Below are positions 33,890 through 44,224 of a stretch of 44,224 nt of DNA, in pieces (the stretch's first letter is position 1; every line of letters begins with the position of its first letter). Position numbers and translations under genes: made by a program. The stretch lies in IMG/VR virus record IMGVR_UViG_3300012920_000078, positions 1 to 44,224 of that record, one strand, 5' to 3'. The DNA comes from a virus (Duplodnaviria > Caudoviricetes). The notes beneath the pieces were generated by a model. That model was given only the letters and a program-made list of their open reading frames with translations. It was not told where the DNA came from and did no database searches.

Positions 33890-35776
33890 ATGGGTACAAA
33901 AATAGGATTCGATTCCAAACTAGCCGTAACAACTCCAATAGATTGGAATAAAATTAGCTCAACGGTTACCAAATCATTAAATGATTTACAAACTAGAAGA
34001 CAAAAAGCACGTGAAGACACTGATGCTGATTATAGAGATTTAATAAAAAAGTTTCAAAACGAACCGCAATCACAGAGTGATATTTTAAACACTCAATTGT
34101 CAGAACTAAGTTCCCAAATCCAAAATGCAGCTCTTGCTGATAAAAGAATGTTTCAATCAGGAGCAATGACAGCTGAGGAGTATAACCGTAAAAAAGCAAA
34201 TAGGTTAGATAGTACACAATTACTTTTAGACACTTACAAAAAGAAATCTGCTGATTATGATGAAATAATGACTCTTATAGAGTCTGACGACCCTAAAAAA
34301 AGACTTAGTGGTGTAACCCTAGCACAAAGAGCACAGCTTGAAAAAATATTTGATTTTAAAGAATACCAATACCAATTGAATCCTGAAACCAATGAGGGTA
34401 TGATGGTTAAAAAAGACGCAGACGGCAATATTGTTGACACTGTTAGTGCAAGTGAATTAGCATTTATGAAGCATCGAAGATACAGCGCTTTTGATTCTGC
34501 ACAAGCTTCTGACGATATAGCTGAATCTATAGGCACACAAACTTTCAGAGATGCTGCAGGTACTACTGTAAAAGGTTTTAATGTTGGTGCTTTTGGAGAG
34601 GAATATAAAAAAGATTTAGATAAAGCAAAAAGAGAGGCTGTAAAAGCTGTATTGACTGATGATAATGCACTGGCTTATTTATTTGATACAGTAAAGTTTA
34701 TTGATGGTAAAGAAATCACGGTAACTAATAGTGTTGAAGACGCACTTAAAAACGAGGGCGCTATTCTTTTAGGTCAAGATGGAAACGCAATACTTACAAG
34801 AATAGACAAAAATGACCCAAGAGTTAGCAAGTTAAGCCCCGACCAAATTGAACAGTTAAACAAAAAAAATGAAAAGCTTTACAATCTAGCTGTCGATAAT
34901 TTAGACGACCAGGTTACATTAAAACTAGATAGAAGTAAAGAAGCTCAAGTTCCGACACAATCAGATAAAGATAGTTATCAAAGGAGAAGTGGTGTTAGAG
35001 CCGCAGATAGACAAAATGCTACTGATTTGGCAAAAATTCATCAAGGTCAAACTATAGCAGAAAGAAAAATTGGAGCTCAACAATTAGGAGGTTTAGACCC
35101 TAGCATTGTTAGAATTATAGAATTTAAAAACCAGATTATTATTGAACGTGTAAACGATGAAGGACAGATAATTAAAGAAAATCCAATTGATATGACTTTA
35201 ACAACTGAAGATTTTGTTAGAGCTGGTGCTTCTACTTTTGGTGTTAAATACACTGATATAAATGATGCTGTAAAAAACTCAGGTATTAATTATAAACTAT
35301 CCCGAAATACAGACGACATTATGGATAACACCGTATTGTTTGAAAGAAAAGTAGTAGAAAAACCAAAGAAAAAGAGTAAACTTGAAATATTTAGAGAACG
35401 AGCAAATGTTGATTTTGGCCCTGAAAGCGTTAAACTAAATACTGTCATAGACAAAAACGAAGACGCTACAGTTATAAATGACGACTTGTTTGCACAGAAA
35501 CTTGCACCTATTTTGAAAGGTTATGGGTTTACTGTTGAACCTACTGGATTTTTTAATGAGGTTATAAAAATAAAAAGTGCAAAAGATGTTAATCAAACCA
35601 AAGAATTTAAATTAAATAACCTTGATACAGCAAAGGCAAATCTTCAGAAAGTTCTAAATGATATACAAGTTTATATAGAAGGTACATTTGTAGAACCTGA
35701 AGAAAAAGCCGTCAAAGTTATACAAGAGGGTTCACAAGGCACATTCGATTATACTCAATTTAATAACCCAGATTAA
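33890..35776 (+). CDS. Putative ejection/internal virion protein 2
   Basis: 628-aa charged helical protein; the assignment is positional. Confidence 0.55.
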   Translation: MGTKIGFDSKLAVTTPIDWNKISSTVTKSLNDLQTRRQKAREDTDADYRDLIKKFQNEPQSQSDILNTQLSELSSQIQNAALADKRMFQSGAMTAEEYNRKKANRLDSTQLLLDTYKKKSADYDEIMTLIESDDPKKRLSGVTLAQRAQLEKIFDFKEYQYQLNPETNEGMMVKKDADGNIVDTVSASELAFMKHRRYSAFDSAQASDDIAESIGTQTFRDAAGTTVKGFNVGAFGEEYKKDLDKAKREAVKAVLTDDNALAYLFDTVKFIDGKEITVTNSVEDALKNEGAILLGQDGNAILTRIDKNDPRVSKLSPDQIEQLNKKNEKLYNLAVDNLDDQVTLKLDRSKEAQVPTQSDKDSYQRRSGVRAADRQNATDLAKIHQGQTIAERKIGAQQLGGLDPSIVRIIEFKNQIIIERVNDEGQIIKENPIDMTLTTEDFVRAGASTFGVKYTDINDAVKNSGINYKLSRNTDDIMDNTVLFERKVVEKPKKKSKLEIFRERANVDFGPESVKLNTVIDKNEDATVINDDLFAQKLAPILKGYGFTVEPTGFFNEVIKIKSAKDVNQTKEFKLNNLDTAKANLQKVLNDIQVYIEGTFVEPEEKAVKVIQEGSQGTFDYTQFNNPD

Positions 35777-35777
35777 A

Positions 35778-38700
35778 ATGAATGAAGAAGTAATACTTGA
35801 TTTATTTAATAGAGCTGTATCATTGGGTTACAATCAAACAGTTGAAGATTTTACAGAGCTCATAAAAACAAACCCAGATGTACTACGGGATAATTACGAC
35901 TATGTTGTTGGACAGGGATACGAAAGAAGTTTAGAGGATTTTGAAATTTTAATAGGTGCAAAACAACCTGTAAAAAAAAAAGACGAAGACGAAAATATTC
36001 GACCTATTTCAGAACTTTTTTCAGAAGATTCTACCGAGCAGTTCTCGGAGCTTGAAGGCAGTGAAGTCCCTTCTTTTTTCCCACGTAGAAAAGAAATAAG
36101 ACCTGAATACGGAGTAACAGCAGAAGAGATATCCAGAGACGAAGAAGTTATTGTGCCAGAACTAAACTACAGATTTGGTAACGATGGGTTTTTCTTTGAA
36201 GAGTCAGGGACTGGCTTTGACCAAATGATTGTAACGGCAGCCAATGGTAAAACCGAAACAATAGGTTTAGATGCATTTACTGCGGGTGGGGATAGGCGAC
36301 AGCGTAATAAATTAAATAAATTTTTACAAGAAAATAAACAAGAAAGTATACAGCTTCAAAAATTAGAGAACAAATATGAAGAGGATAAAATTATATTTAA
36401 TACAGAAAAAGAAGCGGTAGATTTAATAAACAAAATAAACAAAGAGAGTAATGATTTTGAAAATGAAATTAAAGCTTTAATCTCTGCAAAAAATAAATTA
36501 GAAGTACAACGACAGGCAGTACTAAACATGCAATCAGGAGAAGAAAGAACAAAACTGGTAAAAGAAATAAATCAAAAACAAAAAGAAATTTTTGAAGCAA
36601 CAAAAAAACTCCCTGAAAAAGAAGCAGAGCTACAAGAAAAATCAGATAGAATTAATTCTGCATATGGAGAATATATTACAGCACAAAAAAAAGCAGGTAG
36701 TCAATTCGCTAAATTGACAGAAGACTTTTTTGGTTTTGGCCCTGGTAGTATTTTAGCAGGAGCTGCGGATTTATACATTGATTATAAGACTGCTGATATA
36801 GTACCAACTACTCCTGAAGGCAAAAAATTAAAAGATTTACAAATTAAAAAAGTAAAAAGAGATTTATTACCTAAACTTGAAAACTTATTTATAGATATAT
36901 CTGGTGGTAAAAATGTATCAGACATGTACCGAGCTGCTACAGATGAAAACTTTTGGTCAAGTTCTTTCTCAGGATTGTTCAGAAGTTTACCAGCTTTTAT
37001 AGCTACAAGAGGTAGAGCAGGTAAGGGATTAACAAGTAGATATGGTTTAAAAGAACTCACAAGAAGGCAAGCTCAAAACGCAGTAAGATTTGGTAGACTT
37101 TTTTCAATGGTAGATAGTCAGTACGAAAAAGAAATGAGGGATATGGATTTGACTGAAGATGAAAAGGCTTATTTTAAACTTCCTTTAGCATTTACAGCAG
37201 CAGTATTAGAAAATCTTGGATTTAGAAACCTCATGACCAATAGTGGAATCGTGCGTAGAGTACTTTCTAATGTATTGAAAAAAGTCCCTGTAAATGCTAC
37301 TGCAGCTACATTACGAAACGCTATAAGAAATGAGGTAAAAAGTCCTAGTCTTAGAGGTGCTTTAACTATTGCTGGCGGTACGTTAGCTGAAGGAGAAACA
37401 GGAGCTTTCCAACAAACAGCAGATATATTTGGTAAAATGCTTTTTAATGAAATAAAAGGAAAGCAATTATTTCAAACACCAGATAGTTTCATGGATGGTT
37501 TAAAAGAGGTGCTTTACGCATCAGCGCAGGAAGCTGTAGGTGGATTTGTTTTATCTACACCAGGTGCAATCGCTGACGCACAAGCAAAAAAAGATTACAG
37601 CATAGTAGACCAAGCGTTGTTTGATATATTTTTACAAATTAGAAATGATGGTGTAACAAAAAAAGCTTTTACCGAACAGCTTAAATTAAAAGTTCTTAAG
37701 GGTGAAATAACCCAAGAACAAATGGATGAGCAGCTAAAAAACTATGAGACTGCTGGTGGTATTGCTAACAAGATACCCACCGATATCTCACCTGAAAAAC
37801 AAAGAAGCATGTTTGGGTTACTAGCTAACTTGCAAGAAAAACAACAACAGCTTGAGGGTAAGGATAAGGTATTACAAATACCTATAAAAGAAGAAATAGC
37901 AGAAATAGAATCAAATATTGGACTCATCCTAGCACAAAAAGAAGCACAGACTACAGAAGAAAAAATAGAAGACTTTCAACAAGAAGAGGAAGAGACTCCA
38001 GGTGATTTAAAAACTAAAGAGGAAAAGGAACAAGCTTCTGAGATAGATGCCTTCTTCGGTGATGAAGTGGAGGAGACAACTGAAACAGTAGGTGATAATT
38101 TAAGTATTAATAGAAGTAAAGTAACTAAAGAAAAATCTACTCAAGAACTCGATAATGAAAACAGGGTTATCAAGTTTGCAAAGTTTGGGGCAAAAGCGGT
38201 AAAAAAATTATTTCCTAAACTAAGAATTGTTTTACATGAAACCACAGAAGAGTTTGGAAAATTTGCAGATGTAAAAAATGCAGGTGAGTTTATAGAAAAC
38301 GACCAGGTAATACACATAGATTTACAACGAGCAAAAGGAACAACAGTAGCTCATGAGATATTTCATGCTGTCTTTTTAAACAAAATTAAAACTGATGTAG
38401 AAGCAATGAAAGTTGCAGAAAAAATGATGCAATCAGTTAGGAAAACTTTAGCGCCAAATTCTGAATTAGCTAAAAAAATAGATGAGTATGCAGAAAAATA
38501 TGCAGATAAACCTAGTTTAAAAAACGAGGAGAGATTAGCAGAGTTAACTGGTATACTATCTTCTGAAGGTCGAAACCTAACCAAACCTCAAATAAATATC
38601 ATTAAAAAATTTATAAGTGATATAGCAAAATATTTAGGAATAGACATTAACATAGAGGAGTTTACCAAAACCGATAAAGATGTAATAGACCTGTTGAATA

Positions 38701-41700
38701 CATTATCTCGTAAGGTAGGAACAGGAGAGGAAATTGTAGAGACTGATATAGAAGTTTTAGATAACATTGATAATGGAACAAACCCTATAGGCTCACCTAC
38801 AGAAATTAGAGTACCCCCAAGAAAGAGAGGACAAAGAATAAATTTCAAGGAGTCATATCCTTTGTCTTTGATTACTCCAGACAAACAAGTAGACATATTA
38901 CCTTTAATAGATAATATAAGTAAACAAAAACAAAAGGTTTGGTTTTGGATAGCAGACCAACTTGGAGATGGAGAATACAACGGTGTTACTTTAGACGCAG
39001 GGCCTAGCTTTCCTTTTGGTAATGTTAAAGTAAATCAAAATGCTATATGGGCTAGTAACATGGCTGAAGGTAGTATAAAAAATAAACTTGAAGAGGCTGA
39101 TTATATATTTATAATAAGTGGCTCTCCACAAGAAAGTAAATTATTTAATAAAAAAGTGTATGACGTTTTTACTCAAAACTTAGGTGATTACAACACGTTT
39201 AAACAACAAGCATTAGACACAAAACCAATAAAAGCAATAACAGAAGTTTTAGAAGCTCATGACAGTTGGGAGTCACTAAGAAATGATAGCTCTACGGATA
39301 AGCCAGCTCAACCTAAAAAAGGTGTAAAAGCTAAAATAGGAACTGGTAGAAAAAAGTTTTTAAAAGCTTTGGTTCGTACAGGTAAAACACCAAATACATC
39401 TTTTCATAAACTCATACAATCTCTTGGAGGTTATATAAATGTAGAAGATTTAAGAGATGGATTTTTTAAAGAAAACAATTTTGAACAAAACGACATCATG
39501 TTGGTATTAAAACCAACAGGTTATTCTTTAGATTCTAATCACTCTACTTATGATAAAGAAATTTTAGGTGAAGTGGTGGGTGTTCCAAATGAAAAAATAA
39601 ATGCACTGGAGGTCATGCCTCAAGAGCTAGTAGATAAATATGAGGGCAAACCCAGAAATTTAGCATCTTCAGGTATAGCTCCTTTTGGTGCAGGCGTAAG
39701 AGAAGTAAGAACTCCAGGTAGAAGAAGAGGTCAGAGAACTATAGAGAATATAGTACAACAATTTAATATAAGTGAAAGAGGCTTTACACCTCCAGGTACT
39801 AACATATCACAACTACGTAAGGCTGTAGAGGGATTAGAAGGTTTTGAGGTAAAAAGAAGTAGAGCAAATACTTTGTACTTAGAAAAGAGAGGTGTATTCT
39901 ATAGACCTCCGAGTGGCAGAGGGCCAGCAGGGCCAGGCAGAAGAAGGGGTCAAAGAGCACCTGAAGAATATATTAGAGAAGCACGAGACGCAGGGTTCAA
40001 AGATACTGTTATTGTAGATTATTTAAGTAGAGTTAGAAAGCTGTCAATGAAAGTAATCAAAGAAGCTATGGAGATAGATTCTGAAATACTAGGTACGTTA
40101 CCAGAGAGTTTTAAAAACATTGCTGGTGGTGCAAAAGCTGGAGTGAAGCTATTTAAAAAAGTGGAGAGATACATGAAGGCGGAAAACACTAGAAATAAAA
40201 AACGCAAGAACCCTCTTACTGAATCTCAAATATTAGAAAAGGGTATAGAATATATGAAAAAGCAAGTTGAATACAAAAACGAAGCTGATACATATAAAGT
40301 CGCTGGTGAAACCAGGCCTAGAAAAGGTGTCTCTACCCAACAGCTTTTGATGGAAATTGATTTACAGAGAACATTAGGTATAAGACCAACTCAAGATTTA
40401 GCTTTAAAAATACGTGAAGCTAAAAGAATTGTAAGAGAAAGAATAAAAGGTATCAGAGATGTACAAAAAATTAAAACTGAGCTTAAAAACTTTTTAAGAA
40501 GAACTTTACCTAAAGATGTGTTGACCTCATCTGAAACACAAAAACTTATCAGGATGATTGAAAGGGTGACTCCTGATTTTATGAAGTCTACAAAATCTCA
40601 GGGAGCTAAGATAGATAACCTTGTCAATGAAATCATAGAGTTTGCTGCAAAGAAAAACAATAAGCGTTTACTTAATGAAATAAATAATATTCTTTACAAA
40701 AAGAAATATCAAAAAAGAGACAACAATCTTTTAAAAGCAAGGACTATTGATAATGAAACTAGAAAAAGAATAAATAGAATAAAGGAGTTAATTCCTAGTA
40801 GCGATTTATCACCAGAACAAATTAGTGATATAAATACACAGCTTAGAGACAAGTTTAATTCTTTATCTTTAGAACAAAACCCTACTGATGAGCAAATAGA
40901 TGAGATGGCAGATTTACAAATAGCCATAGGTTATATAAGCGCTATGACACAGGAGGATACCAGTAGTGCCAAGACGCAAGCTTTAGATTCTGTATATGAA
41001 GGTTTGCTTTCACTAGTTGAAAGAGGTAAGTCCACTTTTAGAGAACAAATGAAAGCGCAGTCTGAAGAATATAAAAAACAAATGCTTAATGTTTATTATG
41101 ATATCACAGGGGTGAAACTAGACCCCAATGACCCTGATTTAGACCAAAAACTAAAAGATGCAAGGAATTTGAATACGAGTGAGACAAAAAGAAGACAAGC
41201 ATCAAAAAGAGTTAAAGATGTGATTATAGAATTTTTTAGAAATACATATTTGCTAAATCCAAGGTCTGCTTTAGCTTTAAGTGGTTTAGTAGAAAGGATA
41301 TCTATTTTACCAGGAAAAATGTTGGGAGGTATATCGCAAGAGTTAATTACAGACAGGGTAAATGAAGGTACGAGAAAATACAAACAAAGAAAATTAATAT
41401 TTGAAGTCGTTTTACAAGAAAAATTAAAAGAATATTACGGCCCTAAATGGCGAAAAAAATCAAGACAAAACAGAAAAATTTCATATGAAATAGCACCAGC
41501 CACAGAAGAAAATGAAAAAAAGTATGGTGTTTATAGAGAGTTTAGTCAAAATCAAATGTATTATTTATACAATCAATATAAAGACCCTCTATCACATCCA
41601 GCATTTAGAAATATGTTCGGAGATAATTATCAGGAAATCATGGAAAACATTGAAAAAAATCTTTTGCCTGAGGTAAAAGCTTTTGCTGATTGGCAAGTAA

Positions 41701-43442
41701 ATGAGTTTTTCCCAGATTTGTATGACCACTATAACAAGACTTACAAAGAACTGTATCGTACAGATATGCCACGGCATACAAAATATGCAGGAAGAATATA
41801 TAGGAATGGTCAAGATTATGTTCCTTTAGATTTATTAGGAGGCACAACGACTTTTGGTACAAATGTTTCAGCTGCTTCAACACTGCTTAGAGAAAACAGT
41901 GCAACACAAATAGAAGCAATGGATGGCACAGATGCATTGGTGTCTTATGTTTATGATATGGAGTATTTCGCAGCTATGGCTGTGCCCCTCAGAGACATAA
42001 ATAAAATTTTACAAAATGATAACATAAGAGAAGCTATAAAAGCTTTACATGGAACTGATGTATATGATTTATTGGCAGGAAAAAACGGTATTATAAATAC
42101 TATTGCAAGCAGAGGGTTACAAATAGGTACAGCTGATAAAATTCTTAATAGAATGAATACAGGATTTGTTTTAGCTAGAATAGGTGTTTCTCCTCTCATT
42201 GCTGTAAAACAGTTAACGTCAGCTTTTACCTATGCAAGCGACATTGGAATAGCAAATTGGTTAAAATACTCTGTCAAAAATATAGTTCAATTAAGAAAAT
42301 TATGGAAAGAAATATCTGACAACTCTGTTTATTTGCAAGATAGAGGTTCTGAAAGTATTTTAAAAAACATAGAGGTTTATGCTAACGTTGAGGGAAAAGA
42401 AGCAAAAGCTTGGTTGCCAGATGGTGTATTTGGTAGAACTACTAATTGGTTGGAAAGAGTAATGATGTATTCTACAAGATTGGGAGACATGGGTGCTATA
42501 TATTTAGGTGGTACTGCTAATTATGCTTACTACAAAGACCAGTTTAAAAAGAAAAATCCAGGGGCAACTGAACAGCAAGCTATAAATCATGCCATAAAAA
42601 AGTTTGAAAAAGACACAAAAGAAACTCAGCAGTCTTATGATTTACAAGATAGAGATTTGTTTCAACAAAAAGGTGCTTTTTATAGAGCTTTAAATATGTT
42701 TAAAACAACTCCTAAACAATATCTTAGAAAAGAGCTTAATGCGATGAGAAATTTATCTTTAAAATTAAGAAAATGGGATAGAACTGCGGGAAAAGGAAGT
42801 ATAACAGACAATGTTAGACAACTTGCTATGTATCATTTTTTCATGCCAATGTTTTTTCAATGGATATCTCTCGGTGCACCTGTAGATGATTGGGATGAAG
42901 AAGATTCTAGTGACATGTTAAGAGCTGCCATCCTGGGTAATTTCAACGGATTCTTTATAATTGGTGATTTGCTAGACTCGATTGGTGATTTTATTCAAGA
43001 TAAATTGTGGAAGGAAGAGGTTACAAGTTTACCTGTTTTTAATATACCAATTAAGATTGGTACTCAATTTGATAAATATTCTAAAGCAACAGACCCTATT
43101 AAAAAACAAGAATTTTTCACTAATTTCATTTCTGAACTGCTTATGATGGTAGGTGTGCCAGCTGACCAATTACTAAGATATGCAGAAAATTATCCAAAGC
43201 TATTAGAAAGCGAAGACTTCGCTACATTTTTAAGAAGACTACTTAACTATTCTAAATATCAAATTGAAGGGCCTCCAAAAAAAGAAAAAAAGCCTAAAAG
43301 GATGACTAAAAAACAAATGAAAGCACTTGCACCTGATTTATATAATGAGTTGCAAGAAATTCAAAACGATGAGGATTTAAAAGAAATAAGAAAAATAAAA
43401 AGAGAGATAGAAAAAGAAATATTAGAATCTTTAGAAAATTAA
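35778..43442 (+). CDS. Giant putative ejection / polyvalent protein (2554 aa) with zincin metallopeptidase motif
   Basis: Cys-free, coiled coils and hydrophobic Gly/Ala segments; TVAHEIFHAVF (HExxH) with downstream EERLAE; last large gene of the virion module. Confidence 0.7.
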   Translation: MNEEVILDLFNRAVSLGYNQTVEDFTELIKTNPDVLRDNYDYVVGQGYERSLEDFEILIGAKQPVKKKDEDENIRPISELFSEDSTEQFSELEGSEVPSFFPRRKEIRPEYGVTAEEISRDEEVIVPELNYRFGNDGFFFEESGTGFDQMIVTAANGKTETIGLDAFTAGGDRRQRNKLNKFLQENKQESIQLQKLENKYEEDKIIFNTEKEAVDLINKINKESNDFENEIKALISAKNKLEVQRQAVLNMQSGEERTKLVKEINQKQKEIFEATKKLPEKEAELQEKSDRINSAYGEYITAQKKAGSQFAKLTEDFFGFGPGSILAGAADLYIDYKTADIVPTTPEGKKLKDLQIKKVKRDLLPKLENLFIDISGGKNVSDMYRAATDENFWSSSFSGLFRSLPAFIATRGRAGKGLTSRYGLKELTRRQAQNAVRFGRLFSMVDSQYEKEMRDMDLTEDEKAYFKLPLAFTAAVLENLGFRNLMTNSGIVRRVLSNVLKKVPVNATAATLRNAIRNEVKSPSLRGALTIAGGTLAEGETGAFQQTADIFGKMLFNEIKGKQLFQTPDSFMDGLKEVLYASAQEAVGGFVLSTPGAIADAQAKKDYSIVDQALFDIFLQIRNDGVTKKAFTEQLKLKVLKGEITQEQMDEQLKNYETAGGIANKIPTDISPEKQRSMFGLLANLQEKQQQLEGKDKVLQIPIKEEIAEIESNIGLILAQKEAQTTEEKIEDFQQEEEETPGDLKTKEEKEQASEIDAFFGDEVEETTETVGDNLSINRSKVTKEKSTQELDNENRVIKFAKFGAKAVKKLFPKLRIVLHETTEEFGKFADVKNAGEFIENDQVIHIDLQRAKGTTVAHEIFHAVFLNKIKTDVEAMKVAEKMMQSVRKTLAPNSELAKKIDEYAEKYADKPSLKNEERLAELTGILSSEGRNLTKPQINIIKKFISDIAKYLGIDINIEEFTKTDKDVIDLLNTLSRKVGTGEEIVETDIEVLDNIDNGTNPIGSPTEIRVPPRKRGQRINFKESYPLSLITPDKQVDILPLIDNISKQKQKVWFWIADQLGDGEYNGVTLDAGPSFPFGNVKVNQNAIWASNMAEGSIKNKLEEADYIFIISGSPQESKLFNKKVYDVFTQNLGDYNTFKQQALDTKPIKAITEVLEAHDSWESLRNDSSTDKPAQPKKGVKAKIGTGRKKFLKALVRTGKTPNTSFHKLIQSLGGYINVEDLRDGFFKENNFEQNDIMLVLKPTGYSLDSNHSTYDKEILGEVVGVPNEKINALEVMPQELVDKYEGKPRNLASSGIAPFGAGVREVRTPGRRRGQRTIENIVQQFNISERGFTPPGTNISQLRKAVEGLEGFEVKRSRANTLYLEKRGVFYRPPSGRGPAGPGRRRGQRAPEEYIREARDAGFKDTVIVDYLSRVRKLSMKVIKEAMEIDSEILGTLPESFKNIAGGAKAGVKLFKKVERYMKAENTRNKKRKNPLTESQILEKGIEYMKKQVEYKNEADTYKVAGETRPRKGVSTQQLLMEIDLQRTLGIRPTQDLALKIREAKRIVRERIKGIRDVQKIKTELKNFLRRTLPKDVLTSSETQKLIRMIERVTPDFMKSTKSQGAKIDNLVNEIIEFAAKKNNKRLLNEINNILYKKKYQKRDNNLLKARTIDNETRKRINRIKELIPSSDLSPEQISDINTQLRDKFNSLSLEQNPTDEQIDEMADLQIAIGYISAMTQEDTSSAKTQALDSVYEGLLSLVERGKSTFREQMKAQSEEYKKQMLNVYYDITGVKLDPNDPDLDQKLKDARNLNTSETKRRQASKRVKDVIIEFFRNTYLLNPRSALALSGLVERISILPGKMLGGISQELITDRVNEGTRKYKQRKLIFEVVLQEKLKEYYGPKWRKKSRQNRKISYEIAPATEENEKKYGVYREFSQNQMYYLYNQYKDPLSHPAFRNMFGDNYQEIMENIEKNLLPEVKAFADWQVNEFFPDLYDHYNKTYKELYRTDMPRHTKYAGRIYRNGQDYVPLDLLGGTTTFGTNVSAASTLLRENSATQIEAMDGTDALVSYVYDMEYFAAMAVPLRDINKILQNDNIREAIKALHGTDVYDLLAGKNGIINTIASRGLQIGTADKILNRMNTGFVLARIGVSPLIAVKQLTSAFTYASDIGIANWLKYSVKNIVQLRKLWKEISDNSVYLQDRGSESILKNIEVYANVEGKEAKAWLPDGVFGRTTNWLERVMMYSTRLGDMGAIYLGGTANYAYYKDQFKKKNPGATEQQAINHAIKKFEKDTKETQQSYDLQDRDLFQQKGAFYRALNMFKTTPKQYLRKELNAMRNLSLKLRKWDRTAGKGSITDNVRQLAMYHFFMPMFFQWISLGAPVDDWDEEDSSDMLRAAILGNFNGFFIIGDLLDSIGDFIQDKLWKEEVTSLPVFNIPIKIGTQFDKYSKATDPIKKQEFFTNFISELLMMVGVPADQLLRYAENYPKLLESEDFATFLRRLLNYSKYQIEGPPKKEKKPKRMTKKQMKALAPDLYNELQEIQNDEDLKEIRKIKREIEKEILESLEN

Positions 43443-43443
43443 T

Positions 43444-43614
43444 ATGCCATTCAAAAGTCAAGCACAAAGAAGATATATGTATAAACACCTGCCAGAGATA
43501 GCGGCAAAGTGGGAAAAATATACAAAAAACAAAAAGCTACCCAAACGTATTGGTAAAAAAGGTAAGACTAATTCAGCTATGCGCACTCGTAGATTAAGGA
43601 GAAGGCTTAGTTAA
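43444..43614 (+). CDS. Small basic protein, MPFKS.AQRR family (56 aa)
   Basis: Not in the ORF track. MPFKSQAQRRYMYKHLPEIAAKWEKYTKNKKLPKRIGKKGKTNSAMRTRRLRRRLS* starts 1 nt after the previous stop. Confidence 0.75.
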   Translation: MPFKSQAQRRYMYKHLPEIAAKWEKYTKNKKLPKRIGKKGKTNSAMRTRRLRRRLS

Positions 43615-43696
43615 AAAATATTATGTACGCATAATAAAATAACAACAAGTTTACCAGGATAGCTATTGCTAAATCTACATTAGGATTTTCTGACAT
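43607..43696 (-). CDS. Possible 29-aa single-TM peptide
   Basis: MSENPNVDLAIAILVNLLLFYYAYIIFFN*; overlaps the nuclease 3' end and exactly fills the convergent gap. Confidence 0.45.
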   Translation of the reverse strand: MSENPNVDLAIAILVNLLLFYYAYIIFFN

Positions 43697-44069
43697 ATTT
43701 AAATATTTTTTTATTAGAATAAGACAGCATTAGCTCACCAGTGGATTCATCCCAGTAAGATGACCCAGACAAACCATCAATCGGTAAATATAATATTCCA
43801 TCTAAGCATGACCAAATCATTACAGCTGACAATCTTTTGTCTCTTAATTTTATAATTTTTCTAGCTTCAACTTTTAAGGGAAAAGAATCTTTCATTGTGG
43901 TGTCTAATACTTTTATTTCTGCATAACCTATAACATTATCATTGTCTGATAAGATTCTAAAATCTACGTCTTGCGGGCTAAGTTTTTTAAATGTACCTTT
44001 TTGTACTTTTAAGTATAATGATATAGCCTCTTTTTCTTTGTTTATATCTTGGTCTGTGTCAAATATCAT
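43680..44069 (-). CDS. PD-(D/E)XK family nuclease-like protein
   Basis: E(KEAI)...DVDFRI...YAEIK motif. Start set at 44069 by an ATGA overlap with the upstream gene. Confidence 0.6.
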   Translation of the reverse strand: MIFDTDQDINKEKEAISLYLKVQKGTFKKLSPQDVDFRILSDNDNVIGYAEIKVLDTTMKDSFPLKVEARKIIKLRDKRLSAVMIWSCLDGILYLPIDGLSGSSYWDESTGELMLSYSNKKIFKYVRKS

Positions 44070-44224
44070 AAGTTCATCATACAATTAAATGCTGTATGTC
44101 CTCCAAGAACCACACCACATCCTAGTGACTGACGCTTAAAATTTTTTGCATAAGCTGCTGCGTAGCTTTTAATATCGATACCACAGCCAGTTTGCATGCC
44201 AAAGACTCGAAACTTTTTACCAAC
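44066..44224 (-). CDS. C-terminus of a probable calcineurin-like metallophosphoesterase (5' truncated)
   Basis: VGKKFRVFGMQTGCGIDIKSYAAAYAKNFKRQSLGCGVVLGGHTAFNCMMNL* resembles phage phosphoesterase C-termini. The catalytic motifs would lie outside the window. Confidence 0.55.
   Translation of the reverse strand, partial: VGKKFRVFGMQTGCGIDIKSYAAAYAKNFKRQSLGCGVVLGGHTAFNCMMNL

Noticed and set aside
35778-43442. Giant protein as a crAss-like virion RNA polymerase
   Set aside because: I found no DxDxD/DFDID catalytic motif by eye, and host-type promoters are present. A structure search would be decisive.
999-43488. Numerous 60-130-aa minus-strand or alternate-frame ORFs in the track (e.g. 2589..2831, 12263..12640, 17811..18122, 27169..27492, 38588..38980)
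   Set aside because: They lie opposite or within well-supported + strand genes and show shadow-frame composition with no recognisable motifs.
1-44224. tRNA, integrase/att site, intron or intein
   Set aside because: Intergenic gaps are too short for tRNAs, no recombinase motif was seen, and TerL, portal and capsid genes look uninterrupted.

Overview
This window is a 44-kb, AT-rich, gene-dense segment of a tailed dsDNA phage genome covering essentially the whole late (virion) module, almost entirely on the + strand. A Bacteroidota host (probably Flavobacteriia) is indicated by repeated intergenic TAnnTTTG -7 promoter boxes and leaders without Shine-Dalgarno sequences. Gene order: GroES; a cluster of tiny basic ORFs; an RcGTA Rcc01079-like head-spike base with a fibre/adhesin cassette; lysis genes (holin candidates, M15 peptidase endolysin); a tandem GroES-like protein; a 2OG-Fe(II) oxygenase; TerS, TerL, portal, scaffold and major capsid protein; tail ring proteins; a 1696-aa tail nozzle/stabilisation protein; a GNAT-like protein; and three putative ejection proteins, the last 2554 aa with a HExxH motif. 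Convergent genes (PD-(D/E)XK nuclease, metallophosphoesterase fragment) close the window. No tape measure or sheath gene is evident, so the morphology is probably podovirus-like. The standout feature is at 25.4-32.6 kb. The tail nozzle gene appears split, and its parts plus a small neighbour carry Pro-Val/Thr/Gln-rich linkers and a shared 4-Cys domain. Between them sit a two-domain prolyl 4-hydroxylase, a POFUT-like O-fucosyltransferase and a third Fe-cupin oxygenase. This is a candidate phage-encoded, eukaryote-style hydroxyproline/O-glycosylation system for the virion tail. All family assignments come from motif recognition by eye; no database searches were run.
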